Of a DNA stretch of 64,000 nucleotides, positions 32,153-45,979 are shown piece by piece. Position 1 is the stretch's first letter; each line of letters begins with the position of its first letter. The DNA is from the human T2T-CHM13v2.0 reference genome, Homo sapiens, in assembly GCF_009914755.1 (NCBI RefSeq), contig NC_060939.1, one strand, 5' to 3'. Both the position numbers and the translations under genes were made by a program. The notes under the pieces are model-generated. The model made no database searches, was not told the origin of the DNA, and worked only from the letters and a program-made list of their open reading frames with translations.

Positions 32153-33054
32153 GAGTACTGCATATGAGGGATATACATCCTTCCCTGCCTGAGGAAAGAT
32201 TCCTGCCAGCCTCTTCTTGATGGTTCCGTGGATCTCCAGGAGGTAGGAAAGACAGGCATGGCCTTTTTTGGTCCCCATTACCCTGTGACATCTGGCTTGT
32301 TGCAATAGCATGTATTGTTATGGTAGATTGAGAGAAAAAAATGCAGTTAAATAAATTTGAATACAAGAATGGAAAAGAAGAAGTTGCAAGGCAATATGTA
32401 CCCTGGGTTTCAGATTTTGTGAAAAAGAACAGCCTGTGTTTATAAATATGCAGAAGGGCTGGGAGAGGACACAGCCAACTACGGGAGGTCACTTCTGAGC
32501 AGTGGGGTTTGCTGAAGGGGATTTTAACTTTTACACACCTCTATTGTTTGGATTTTTTACAATGGACATTTTTACTTTTGTAATAACAAAACAATAGAGT
32601 ATTTTTTCCCTTGAAGTATAAGGTGCTGTTTGTGTATTGTGATTGCAAGGAGAGGGGGATGTGGACAAGAATGGAGATTGGGTTAGGATAGCGGACAGCT
32701 CCCCAGTATTTGAATGTGGTAGATTGCCATCAGGTAAATTCTGAACTGGTGTCTCTGCATGGCAGGATAAGCAGACCCAGGGGAAGGAGGAGGGAGCCCC
32801 ACCTTGGGAAGCTCCAGTAGCACAGACTGCATGAATGACACTGTCGGCCCACCCAGCCTTCCGGAGGAGTGTGACAACTCTCTGTGAGTCTGAGGGGCAG
32901 GAAAGCCTCAAAGAGTGTTGGATTTCACCATGTTGTGAGGAAGGGCATCCTGGAAAGATGGAACAGCCAACAATTAGCATTTGCTGTGTGCCAGGATTGT
33001 TCTAAGCAGTTTATAGTGTGTGTGTGTGTGCGCGCACACACACGACTATATATA

Positions 33055-33220
33055 TAAATTCATTTAATCCAGCAACACGTCTATGAGATAGGTACTATTA
33101 TTATTATTATTCCCACTTTACAGATGAGGAAAGTGAGACTCAGAGAAGTTAGATAACCTATCCAAGGATACACAGCTAGAATGAGGAGGGGCTGAGTCAG
33201 GAATGACGTTCATGACTCCA
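33055..33220 (-). mobile_element. MIR SINE
   Basis: tattattcccactttacagatgaggaaagtgagactcagagaagtt. Confidence 0.75.
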
Positions 33221-33959
33221 AGTTGGACAGAAGGCTGTGTGTGCAGGCGAGTTTTGCTTTGTTTTTAGCAGGAGGGGGTTCTTTGGTGAAGGGGCAGCTA
33301 CCCAGAGCTCTAGGCCTTCAGGAGCTAGGTCACTAATCCTCTCTAAGCTGTGCCTGTGAAATGAGGACAATGATTTTTGCTCCCCTAATTTCCCTTTCAG
33401 AGCTGGTCCCCTGTGCTGACAGCAGAGAGTATTCTCAACTGTGCAGCAAAGCACCGGGGCATGGGGGTGGTGGAGCTGCTCCGGGGTGGGGGACACTCCA
33501 GAGGCTCAGTGCTAAAGCTAGGTGTTTCCTCAGGCTCCAGTCAGCCCAGAGGGATGTGGGAGCCTCAGGGCTTCTTCCTGCACAGCTCTCCCTCTGCAGG
33601 AGCCAGTTCAGGTCAGCGTGGAAGGCCCTGGAACAGCTGTGCCCCCTGAGGGTCCTGGGCAAAGCACCTGGAATCCTGGCTGCACCCCTGCTGACTGTGT
33701 GACCTTGGGCAAGTGCCTTACCTCCCCAGAGCCTTTGTCTGCTTCATTGGGTTGTTGTGAAGATTAAATGAATTGATCTGTTTAGGGTGCTCAGAATGGT
33801 GCCTGGCCTGGAGTAATTGCTACATAAGCAGGACTGTTGTGTTTATGCTTCAGTAAATACTTATGAAGCCTCTAGGTGCCAGGCACCATGCTAGGTGCTG
33901 GGGACACTGGGATGGATGAGGCAGGCCTCTTCCCTGCCCTCTAGGATCTCTGTGTCTAG

Positions 33960-34070
33960 TCGGATGACCAACTATCGTGGTTTACCTGGGCCTGATGGCT
34001 TTCCTGGGACATGGGCCAATCACTGCCCAAACTGGGAAAGTCATTGGCAAAAGGACAAATTGGCTTCCCT
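33960..34070. mobile_element. hAT-Blackjack MER94-like MITE
   Basis: ggatgaccaac...ggtttacctgggcctga...ctgggaaagtc...ttggcttcccta, degenerate terminal inverted repeats. Confidence 0.6.
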
Positions 34071-36282
34071 ACATCTAGTAGGGGCACAGATAATTGGACA
34101 GGTCTTCCCAAGAAGACACAGTAAAGAAGTTCGGGCTGTCATGGAAGCATTGGACAGGGCAAGACTGAAGCCTGGGCACCGGGGAGGGCTCCCAGGGAAG
34201 AAGCATTTGAGCTGAGACCTAAGGATAAAAAGGGGGTTGAGCAAAGGAGGAAGGTGGGTGAGAGAAAGGGGCGTGGAGGAGAGTGTCCTGGGCAGAGGGA
34301 TGGCATGTGGGCAGAGCTGGAGGCCAGTGAGAAGGTGGCACATGTGAACTCAGGTGTGCCCAGAGACCCGGGCCCGTGCACCGAGACATGCTTGTACAAG
34401 TGCTGAGAGGAGGATGCAAGGGGCAGTGTGGCAGGGAGATATATACACATGGATATGTACATGCTGGTATAGCCGCAGATCGCCTCTCACGACAGTGGTT
34501 GCCTCTGCGGAGGAGTACTGGGGAGGGGGTGCTGGAGAGGTGGGACAGAAGCCCTGTGGAGCATTGTTAAGTCGTGAGAATGTAATACCTACTCCAAAAG
34601 ATAAAATAATCTAAAGCCACAGCCTCGCATGCCTGGGCTCACTCCCACGCCTAGCTCATTCCGGCAACGGGGCCTGGAGACAGTGGCTGGAGGGGCCCCT
34701 AGCAGGGGCTGGCCCAGCCTCAGGGGCACCAAGCTGGCCTAGGAAGGGGAAGAGGCCACAGCCACACTGTCTGCCGCCCCAGCCGAGCTCCGGCCTCCCC
34801 CAGGCCTGCGGCAGACAGAACTAAACAGGCTGGCTTATCAGCTGTCGCCACTGTGTCCCACCCGGCTGAGCTGGGCTCCGGCCGCCAGGAAGGTGGCCCC
34901 CAGCTTTTTGCCAGGGATAGTATTGGCCCAGGGTGGGGAACCTGTGGAGGTGTTTTCCCAGGGTCAGTCTGGGGTGGGTGGGGGTGTCTGGTAGGTGTGT
35001 AGCGGCAGTGGTCAGGGGGCAGGGGGACTGGGGCCCAGGGGATGCTCTGGGCCCCAGATTTGCTGTGGAGTTTTAAAGGATTAATTTTTGGTATTATTTT
35101 AAATAATTTGGAATTATTTTAAAATAATTCAATAATTCATTATCTTTTAAAAAAAATCAGGCTATTCTTTAGCGTGCGAGTTGTGAATTCTTCCTCTGGA
35201 AACAGGCCTGTGGGGTGCTGGGTCTGCTGTACTGTGTCATGTACATGTCCTCATTCAGTCCTCAGGGCTCCAGGAGGTGGGCACTGTCATACTTATTTTA
35301 CAGATGAGCAAACCAAGGCTCAGCCCAGCGAAGGTTTGTTCCCCAGGCCCCAGGGCAGGGATGTGGCAGAGCTGGTTTCACGCCACCTTCCCATCCTCTT
35401 CCAGGGGCCCCCAGTACCTCCTCATTGAGAGGTGGGGGCACGGAGGTCAGAGGGGGAATGTGACTGGGCAGGCATCCTCTGGCCTCCCTGGTCCTCAGTG
35501 TCCTCCTCTGAGCAATGGGTCAGACATTCTGGCCCTGCTCCCTGTTCGGGGAAGTTGTGAGGATGGGCCAGGGACTGTGTGTCTCTGTGCAGAGGAAGGA
35601 AGGGATGGGGCACTCCTTGTGTGTTTACCTCTCTTCCTTGGATCCCAGGAGCCCCAGTGGGGGTGGGGGATTGCCCCTAACTACCGCATTTGTCATACAA
35701 GGCCTGTCAACCCCCAGGGGTTTAGTCCCCAGAAACAGCAGGCCTGGCCTCCCTCAGCTGCCCCCTGGCTTCCTGCCCAGGGAGACCAGACTGCGCCTGG
35801 CTGGGCCAAACCAGAGCTCTGAGGATGGAGAGCGGCATGGGAAGGGGGAAGGAGAGAAGGAGGAGGGAACTTCAAAGCCCCCATAGCTGTGAGACAGTTT
35901 GGGCAGAGACTGCTGGAGGCTGGGGGTGGGAGACTGGGGGCTGAGGGACAGAGTGAAGGCAGAGGGTGGACCCACGACTGTGAGGGGTCCCACAGGCACC
36001 CCCACTCAGCTGGTCTGACATCAAACTCACTGCCTTTCTCCAGACCTGCCCCAGCTCTTGGGAGTGCACCATCCACCTAGAAATCTGGGTGTCCTGCAGT
36101 CCCCTCCCTTCCCGGGGACAACCAGTCACCAAGTCCTGATTCTCCTGTTTCCCCAGTATGGCCCCAGCCTGGGCCAGCTCTCCATCCCCTGAGGAGTTCG
36201 GGCCTCTCCTCCTCTTATCAGGACCCTGACCACTGTTCCCCAACAGGCCTCTTCTGCCCCCAGTCTTCTTCTTCACCACCCC

Positions 36283-36284
<2 letters not shown>

Positions 36285-36319
<35 letters not shown>
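36285..36319. repeat. (CA)n microsatellite
   Basis: About 17 CA units. Confidence 0.95.
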
Positions 36320-36321
<2 letters not shown>

Positions 36322-38743
36322 CAAATGTGCACTTCTCCCCAGAATCCCCTAAGTTCTAGCTCCAACATACAATCGGACACCCTCTCACCCTGGTTTAAAC
36401 CATTTAATAGCGCTCCACTGCTAGAGGGAGTGTCTGAGCTCCTAGCATGGCCTGTGAGGAACCCTCCCCCAACACCCCCATCTATTTTGTCAGCTCTGCC
36501 CCCTTGCCGCTCCCTGCCCCACCCCGGGAAAAGCCTCCCTATGCTGTAACTCAGGGTGTCTTTGCTAGCCCCAGACCTTCGCTCTGCCCTGGCTGTCTCC
36601 TCCCTAGAAGGCCCTCTTTGCCACCCACTCTTGACTCCTTCCCCAGGCACTACCCTCCTTCCCCCAACACCGCTCCTACATGGCTTAGAAGGGGGTCCAC
36701 ACGCGGGTGCATACATCGCAAGGCAGTGTGGGAAGGGTTCCGACAGATGAGTGCCTGTCTGTCTCCTTCTTGGGACTGAGTATTCCTTGAGGGCAGGGCT
36801 GGGCCTTTCATCTCCTTGGGAAATGGCCAGGAACTCAGTAAGAGTTTGTCAAATGGGTAATAAGAATAGGATGAGCCTGGTGCTGAGTGCAGGGACGTCA
36901 GGGACATCAGGGTTCCCCCTTCGGGAGCCCCTGCATGATGTGGGCCTGAGGCATTCCATTCTGGTGGCAGACACCCTCCTGGAGTGGCCTTGGCCGACCC
37001 CAGCCCAGAGCATCTCTCAAGGCAGGTCCAGCCTGGCAGAACTTCCTCTTAGTGGGGGCACCCCAGCCCACACAGCCGGTCCCTGCGGCATCATCATCTT
37101 CCCGAAGATGTTCCCCAATACTCCCACGGCGTCCCTCCCTGGCTCGTACCCCCCCAGCAGGAAGTCCCCACTCCTCGGCCGCCCTATGCCTCCCCAGGCT
37201 CTCCTCTCCACAGCCCAGGCTCCCGCCAACACCAACAAACAGAAAACAGCCTGCTGCTCCCTGTGTGCCCTCTTGTTCTCACCCCAGAGCCTTTGCCTTC
37301 GCTGTAAATGCTGCCTATAGCTTCTCCCCAGTCTTTTCCTTGGTCCAAAGCCTGCCCCTCCCTCAGGCCTGGCTGAAATGCAGCCTCCTAGGGGTCCCTC
37401 CCCAGATCCCCTTGTTGGCCAGCACTAAGCTTCCTCTGCCGTCTGCTGGAGTTATTTATTCTGGGCTGATGTCCCTGTGAGCCTGGAATGGAGCTTCCTG
37501 AGTCTCAGTCCTGTCACTGGAGGTGCTTTTTCTGTAGATTGGTGCATGGGGATTTGCCATGCCTCACAGACAGGCAGGCTCAGGCTCAGGTCTTTGAAGC
37601 CAGCCTCCCGCCTCCTGGCTATAAGGCCTTGAACAACTGACTTAGCCTCTCCGAGCCTCAGTTTTCCCTCCTGTGAAATGGAGATAATGATCGAATCCCC
37701 CTCTAGTAGTGCCTCAGATCTGACAAATGCTTCATCTGGACAAGCCCCTCATGGAGCAGGTAGCCTGCTGGGCCAAGGGGACATGCCACCCACAGCCTAT
37801 ACCCCCCTGGCTCCCAACCACACTCCAGCCCCAGGCACCCCACAATTCCCTCCCCATGGCCCTGAATAGCCCAGGGCCACCCATTTGTAGGCGGTGTGGG
37901 CAGAGCTGGAGGTAGAAAGGGAAGCGGGGAGGCTGGGAGGGTCCAGTTTTGCCCATACCACCCATCCTGGTGAGGAACTCTGAGGTCTTCAAGAAATTTA
38001 AATTTGAGCCTGACCTTCCCAGTCATTCTGAAAGCACATTAGCTACATTTGTCAAGGCAGGAAGATGGTTTGGTTTACAGCTTTTAAATATTTAGACATG
38101 CAGTAGGTGGGCCCTGGGTCCTGCCAATGTTAGGGGAGGCTGGACACCTTGCAGGGGCTTTGTGTGGATTAAACAGGATGGCCCCTGTGCAGTGGTTAGG
38201 TTGCAGGTTGCCCAGAACACAGAAGCACAGGTGGTGCTAGTCACTATCACCAAGATACAAAAGGCTGAGGACAGGAATCGGGGTGAGTGTGGCTGCCCCG
38301 GGAGGAGTTGAGGAGCAGGAGGAGGAGGAGAGCTGCTTGAATTCCCTACCCGGTAGGGTGCACACCGGCACAGACTCTTCTGCCGCTGCTGGTGTGCAAA
38401 TGCTGGTGGTATGGCCTCCCTTCTCCTCTATGGGCACTCATCCCCACAGGGTCATCAGGTAGGGCCTCACTGAGGAGGTGTTGCTGTGCTGGCCAGGGAG
38501 GGGTCTCACCATGTCACAGGGAGGCTGTTTATTAAAGGAAGAAAGCTGTTAGGCCCTGGGACAAGAATCAAAGCTAGTACTTCTGTTCGTTTTATAATTT
38601 TGGAAACTTACTATTATTGTTATTTTACTATATAACAATGTATAGTCAGACCATTGTCAAAATGTTAACACATAGAGATAAGCCAAGGGAAAAAAAGCCA
38701 CTGGCATTCCCCTTGCTGGGGACAAAGCCATCACGAACATTAT

Positions 38744-38848
38744 ATTGGGGTTTCCTTACACTCCAAGGGCTGAACCTAGAATTCTTTTTGGATGAGGCTT
38801 TGGAAAAGAATTCTAGGTTCAGCCCTCGGGCTGTAAGGAAACCCCAAT
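38744..38848. repeat. 45-bp inverted repeat with 15-nt spacer
   Basis: 38744-38788 is the ungapped reverse complement of 38804-38848, 42/45 Watson-Crick pairs. Confidence 0.95.
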
Positions 38849-38850
38849 CT

Positions 38851-39045
38851 CTGTGGGTTTGAAACTCTAGGATGAAAAAATTTAATTCTAGAAATGTCTC
38901 CCTGGTCCTGTCGTCTCCCTGCCCATCCCGTATCTCCTCCCTTCTGGGTCTGCTCAGCCCTTCCTACCCAGCCTCCGCCTACCCCTGAATTGCCTGGCTC
39001 AGTCCAGCCCCCAAACCTTTGCTCAGGATACGAATCAAGACAAGC
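38851..39045 (+). repeat. 195-bp local direct duplication, copy 1
   Basis: Matches 40086-40280 with 4 substitutions and no gaps. Confidence 0.95.
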
Positions 39046-40085
39046 TACTGGCCAGGCCAAGAGCTCATCTGAGCTGACCGCTTTGTTTTACTTGGTGGGA
39101 AAGGGGGGACACAGAGCGATGTGGTGGCACTGCTGGGACAAAGGCTCAAACCTTCTGACTCCCAGTCCGGTGCTCTTCCCTGTAACCTATAACTGCTTGC
39201 CCTCTGTCTGTCTGATTCCTCTCCATCCATCAAACCTCCTGCCTCCTCCAGGGAGCATTCCTGACTGCCATATGAGAAGCCTCTCCCTCCCGCAGCTCAC
39301 TGATAATGATAAATAACATACTGAACACTCAGGCACAATTCTAAAAACCACAGAATAACCCTATTATCCCCATTTTATAGATAATGAATCTGAGGCTTTG
39401 AGACACAAAGTAAATTGCCGAAGATAACCCGGAGTTGACAGTGGCAGACCAAGCCCTTCACAGCCCCTGCCCTTCTTGACCCTGCCTTCTCCTGGGCGGT
39501 TAAGTCCTGACCTTGAGGTCCTTCCAGGCAGCTAGGGTACAGCAGAAAGAGCACTGGACTTGGAGTCCAATCACTTGGCTGCAAGAGCCAGCTGTGCTGC
39601 CACTGCCCAGCTGTGGGAGCTTGGGGGAGCCTCAGCACCTCTTTTGGCCTCTGTTTCCTCCTCTGTAAAATGGGATCACCCTGTCTGCCCTGCCCACTTC
39701 AGAGGCCTATTTGAGAATTACTGAGGAAGGGTACTGCTTGGACTCACAGCAGAGTGTGTTCTCCGAATGTAAGATACCCCAAACTCCTGACAGCTCTCAA
39801 CAGTAAGTTTACACAGAAAATAATACAGGGGCAGGGGCTCTGTTTGCTGAGGCACTTGTTTGAGGACTGGGCTGGGGAAGAACTGGGCGGCCCGCCTGGC
39901 TCCCTGAAGAGTACATGGGCCTCTGTCCCCTCCTGGCTTCCAGGGGAGGACTGTCTGGCCCTGACTAGCTCTGTCCCCTCTGGTCTAGGTTCTGAGTGCA
40001 GCCTGAGGCTGCTGAGGTCTGCTCCTTCCCATGGGCCCATTCCTCCCACATGTAGGTCTTAGACGTTGGCCCGGAACTCAGGGGC

Positions 40086-40280
40086 CTGTGGGTTTGAAAC
40101 TCTGGGATGAAAAAATTTAATTCTAGAAATGTCTCCCTGGTCCTGTCCTCTCCCTGCCCATCCCGTATCTCCTCCCTTCTGGGTCTGCTCAGCCCTTCCT
40201 ACCCAGCCTCCGCCTACCCCTGAATTGCCTGGCTCAGTCCAGCTCCCAAACCTTTGCTCAGGGTACGAATCAAGACAAGC
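40086..40280 (+). repeat. 195-bp local direct duplication, copy 2
   Basis: Matches 38851-39045. Confidence 0.95.
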
Positions 40281-40454
40281 AATTTGGGCCCTGCCCCCCA
40301 AAGAGGGTTTCTGTGTGGTTTGGGAAGGACAAAGAATGTCTTTTGCCAACAGGGCAGAAATGACATGGTGGGTATTCCTGGCAGGAGCATAGGAGTGGGA
40401 CACTAGCCTTCAGTCTGACATGGGCGCCACCGAGCCATGGAAATGCACTTTTAA

Positions 40455-40798
<344 letters not shown>

Positions 40799-41384
40799 TG
40801 AGTGTTTTATAGGATCCAAGTGGGAGGAACATTAACCAATTCCTCCCACAGGGGTTGGGGGATGGACTCAGAGATGCTGAGGCCAGATTTGAGGGAAGGG
40901 CAGGGAGGAGGGCAAGGCTGTCTCCAGAAGAGTCAGGTGTGATGGGTGATGGGTGGAGGAGACAGGAGAGGTGGGAGGGAGCAGCCTTGGGAGAGAGAGG
41001 GTGCCCTGATGTGGCAGACAGACCGGCCTGAGATGGAATCCAGGCTGGTGACTTCCTGGCTGGGCAGCCCTGGGCAAGTTGCTCAGCCTCTCAGCCTCAG
41101 AGCCTCAGCTTCTGTTTCTCTAAAATGGACATAATAGTTGCTTTGTTGCCAGGATATTATGAAGACTATAGATAATGTGTATAACGTGCTGAGCATAGAG
41201 CCTTTACATAGAGGTGTAAAGAAAGAAAAACTTTATTTCCCCAGGGTAAGAGTCAAATCTTGGATTTCCATGAATTTTATAATTTTGAAAAATTATTTTT
41301 CTTACTGTAAAGCAATATATGGTCATTGACAAAATATTAGCATACAGAGATTTTAAAAAGCCATAGATAGTCCCTTTGCCAATT

Positions 41385-41695
<311 letters not shown>

Positions 41696-42398
41696 TAAGT
41701 GTTACTGGTGGGATGTAAGGCGTGAGAAATGTCTGATGGCCTAAATATTCTCAGAGTCCCTGAAATTATTCTGCTTTGACTGACCCTCATTTCGCCAATG
41801 TTTAAGCAGCCAAGTGAGGGTGAGGGCCTCATGGAGGTGGCAGGCCTTTGATTTGGTTACATTGGAAGCTGGTTCCACTCCTGGAGAATACCAACCTCCC
41901 TGTGAAAGAGGGTCCTGCCCAGCCATCTCCCAGACCAGCAGCTTTTTCCATGAAATGCTACAGAAAAGGGCAAATAATTCAAGTTTTGGAGCCACATAGG
42001 CCTGGGTTCCAAGCTGACTCGGACCTTCAGATGCTTTGTCAGTTTTATTATTTTGGTAGAAATGATGCATGTGATTGTTTTAAGAAAGTGTAAAGAGGAA
42101 ACCACAAACCCTATCACCGGAGGTTATGAAGCATCCTTCTAGTCATGTCTCTATGCAGAGAGGGGTGTGCACAGTGTGTCTTGGCACTCGCCTAATTTAG
42201 CTCTCGAAGCCTCACAGAGGTGAGCAAGGTGGAGCATCAAGGCCGGGGCGTGGTGGGGGTAACAATGGGATGCTGGTCCTTTATGAGATAGAGTTCATAT
42301 TTATAATGTGTTTCCTGTATTCATAATGTGTGTCCCAGTCAGGGGTGGTGAAAAGCCCTGTGCGTGCAGGGAGAGAAGGAGCTATAAGAAAGCATGCC

Positions 42399-42701
<303 letters not shown>

Positions 42702-42784
42702 AAGGCATGCCAATGCCACCTAGGACAGGGCCCTCCAAGGGTCTCTCATCTATCCTGCACCATTTTCCAGGAAGCCAGTATGAC

Positions 42785-43050
42785 ACTGTGGCTTAAGACA
42801 GTGAACATGGGGTGCCTGGCTGCCTGGATTCAAAGCCAAGCTCTGCCACTTGCTAGCTGCCTGACCTGGGGCATGTTTCTTGATTTCCTCATGCCTCAAT
42901 TTCCTCATTTGAAAGTTGGGGGTCAATAATAGAACCTCTGTCATAGGGTTCCCTGAAGTTTAAATGAGTGAATTCAAATAAAGCACTTACCATTTCTGGC
43001 ACAAGGTGAGTGATTCATAAGTGTTCGTTGTTATTAATGTTATTATTGTT
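42785..43050 (+). mobile_element. MIR SINE, near full length
   Basis: ggattcaaagccaagctctgccacttgctagctg...tttcctcatttgaaagttgggg. Confidence 0.75.
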
Positions 43051-44396
43051 ATTCTATGGCCACATTGCTCACGCTATGGAACCAGCAGGACAGCTCCAGA
43101 GGATCGGGGGCCAAACGGGTCTGGAGTCGGCTGCTCTGGGCTTCCAGATGGCCCTGCCTCTCCCTCCCTGAAACTCTCTGTCTCTGGATCTTGCTCACCA
43201 ATAGCACCCACCTTTTATCAAGGTTTGGGGAGGCAGCAATCACATTGGATATCTGGGAACACAGGGTGTAATTTGTAAAGCCCTGGCTTATATAAGCCCC
43301 CTGATATTCTTAGCTACTTCTGATCTTCCATCCCCCAGATCAGAAGAGCCAGAGAAACAGTTGTTATTGTGGTGGTTGTTTTTTAAAAACTGGCCTTTCA
43401 GGACTTCTGAATTGATCTCCCATTTTATATAGAGGAAACCCTAGGCCCAGGGAAGTGAAGTATTGTCACCCACCGTGAAGTGGCTCTGCTGGGCTTCCAA
43501 GTGCAAATTAGGAGCTCCTTTCCAGACCCTGGGCAGTGACCTGGCTCTGTGTCCACGCTGCAGGCTCTGAGAGCTGTGGTGCTGCTGATGTTTTGCTTGA
43601 GTCTTTCAGCGTAGCTCCATGCTCAATTAATGCTGTTCTGGAAGAACCACAGAAGCACATCTTTCACCCTCTTGTACACAGGAAGAAACAGAGGCTCAGA
43701 GAGGAGGACTGGCTGCTCTGAGTCACACGGTGACCAGGACAGGGAGCTAGAGCCCAAGGTTCCTGGTGTCTGGGCCAGTGCTGTGCCCACTCCTCTCCCC
43801 GCCTTTCTATTTAGTGCACTTGCTGAGCCCTCCACGAAGGAACAGAGCCACTGTGGGGAGTGCTGTTGGCACCAAGAAGATGGCGGGAGAAGGTGGAATC
43901 CTGGCTCTTGGGGCCAGGCCTGAGGCGTAGGACAGAATGGCATGTGGCTCGGCCCAAGACTATATTTCCATGAGGGGGTTTCTTTATCCATCTTAGATCC
44001 ATCCTTTCATGAAGGTTGGAGAGGGAGGAGGCCAGGCTTGTTCTATCCTGCAGTTAGGGAAACTGAGGCAGAAAGCTTCAGAGCAACATAATGATTCATT
44101 TAGGGCCAAAAGAGGCCATGTCAGTGCCTTCTGCTCTCAGCTCTCCAACTTCCAAAGCTCTGGCCCAGATACCCCCAGCCCTTGAGGGTACCCTCAGACT
44201 GAAGGGATCTAGAGGCAGAGGGTAAGGCCCACTCAGCCTCTCACTTGCTGGATGACTTTGGGACAAGTCGTAGCTCTTCTCTTGCCTCAGTTTCCTCATA
44301 TGTATAATACGTTGATGGTAATTCCTGGCCTCACTCATCCCCTGAGGACAGATACAGTCACAAATGGATGTGACTTTTCTTTGAAAATTATAAAAT

Positions 44397-44687
44397 GGGC
44401 TGGGCATGGTGGCTCATACCTATTATCCTAGCATTTTGGTAGGCCCAGGAGGGCAGACTGCTTGAGCCCAGGAGACCAGCCTGGGCAACAGGGCGAAACC
44501 CTGTCTCTAGGAAAAAAAAAAAAAAAAATTAGCTGGGCATGGTGGTGCATGCTTGTGGTCCCAGCTACTCAGGAGGCTGAGGTAGGAGGATCACCTGAGC
44601 CCAGGAGGTTGAGGCTGCAATGAGCCATGCATTCCAGCCTGGGTGACAGAGCATGGCCCTGTCTCAAAAAAAGGAAAGAAAGAAAAT
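44397..44687 (+). mobile_element. Alu SINE (AluJ-like)
   Basis: Alu body with small deletions. Confidence 0.9.
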
Positions 44688-45979
44688 ATAAAGTGAAGAG
44701 CAAGTGTGTGAAGTAAAGAGAGCTCAGATAGCAGGCACAGCTGTTGGGGGAAGAGGCTACTATGGGAGGTATGCATACTCTGTGTGGACATTGTGTTTTC
44801 ATTATTACTCCATTTTTCATGTTTTCTTATATAATTAATTTGTCTTTTTATTGTCCCTGAAATTAACTTTAATACAAGGGTAAGGAAATACAGAGAAGCA
44901 GAGAGAGAGAGAAAGAAGGAAAGAAAGAAAATCCATAGTCCCAACTCCCAGGACCCCACCTTGGACCCCGCCAGGGGAACCACTGTGAACGTTTTGGTGG
45001 AGTTCCTTCCAGGCCTTTTTCCATGCATTTGTATCAAAATAGCAGTATGTATATATGTATTGAATACCATAGAATAATATTTTATTGATTGTTTTGTGAA
45101 GTTTTCTTTTTTCCATTGGCAATATTTCAACAACATTTCACTCTGTCAACACATGTTCTTTGATGGTATTCTTTATTCATGGTGGGGAGCGTTCTGTGGA
45201 GGGCCTACGGTGGTTTGGTGCACCAGCCACTATAGATCCAAGCTGTTTAAGTGACACAGAAACTGTCTTCAGTTTCTGTGTCAGTTTCTGTCTTCAGTTT
45301 CTGCCCCAGGGGATGAGGCTGGGAGTGGAGTGGGGGCTTAGGAGGCCTTTGGGACATGAGGCCCACTGTCTGACAACTTAGGCTGGGGTGGGACTCAAGT
45401 GGGGTGGCTTGGAAGAGGGAGAAAGACCAGCTCCCCATGGGCAGGCACAGATCTGTCTGCACCCAAGCCCTCCTCCACTTGTTCTCAGGGCCTCCTGCAG
45501 GGCTTGGGATGGCTTTTCTCCTCTGCTGACCTCTGGCCAGGGCCACCCTGGTGTGGGCAAACCAGTGGTGGAGGACATCCAGAGACAATGTGGCCTGGAG
45601 TTTGCCTTGTTCCCTGCTCAGCCCTCCAGGCCCTAAGCCCTGAGGAGGGGACTTTGTTCCATGACATTGAGGCCAAAGGCTGCTCTTCTAGACTTGGGGA
45701 AGGCCTTGAGGAGCAAGGAAGAGGGAAGGCGGTGGTTCGTCTTGGGCTCAAGGGTCATCTGATCTTACCTGTCATATGACAGGTGGGAACACTGAAGCCC
45801 AGACATGGGAGGACTTTTGCCCAAGGTCCCACAGCAAGTGGTAGAAGTGTCAGGCCTGGTGACCCGCCTAGGGCTCCTTCTGTGACACCTCACTGTATGG
45901 GAAAGCATTGCCACTGAGGACACTGTCCCTACAGCCAGAATCCTGGTGCTGCTACATACACTCATTGTCAGATGTATGA

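Noticed and set aside
36751-37320. 189-aa ORF (also 35277-35822, 47763-48332, 51086-51619)
   Set aside because: No recognisable protein similarity or exon structure; expected by chance in GC-rich DNA.
38894-40392. Two ORFs sharing the N-terminus MSPWSC.LPAHPVSPPF
   Set aside because: The similarity comes from the 195-bp DNA duplication; no evidence of coding function.
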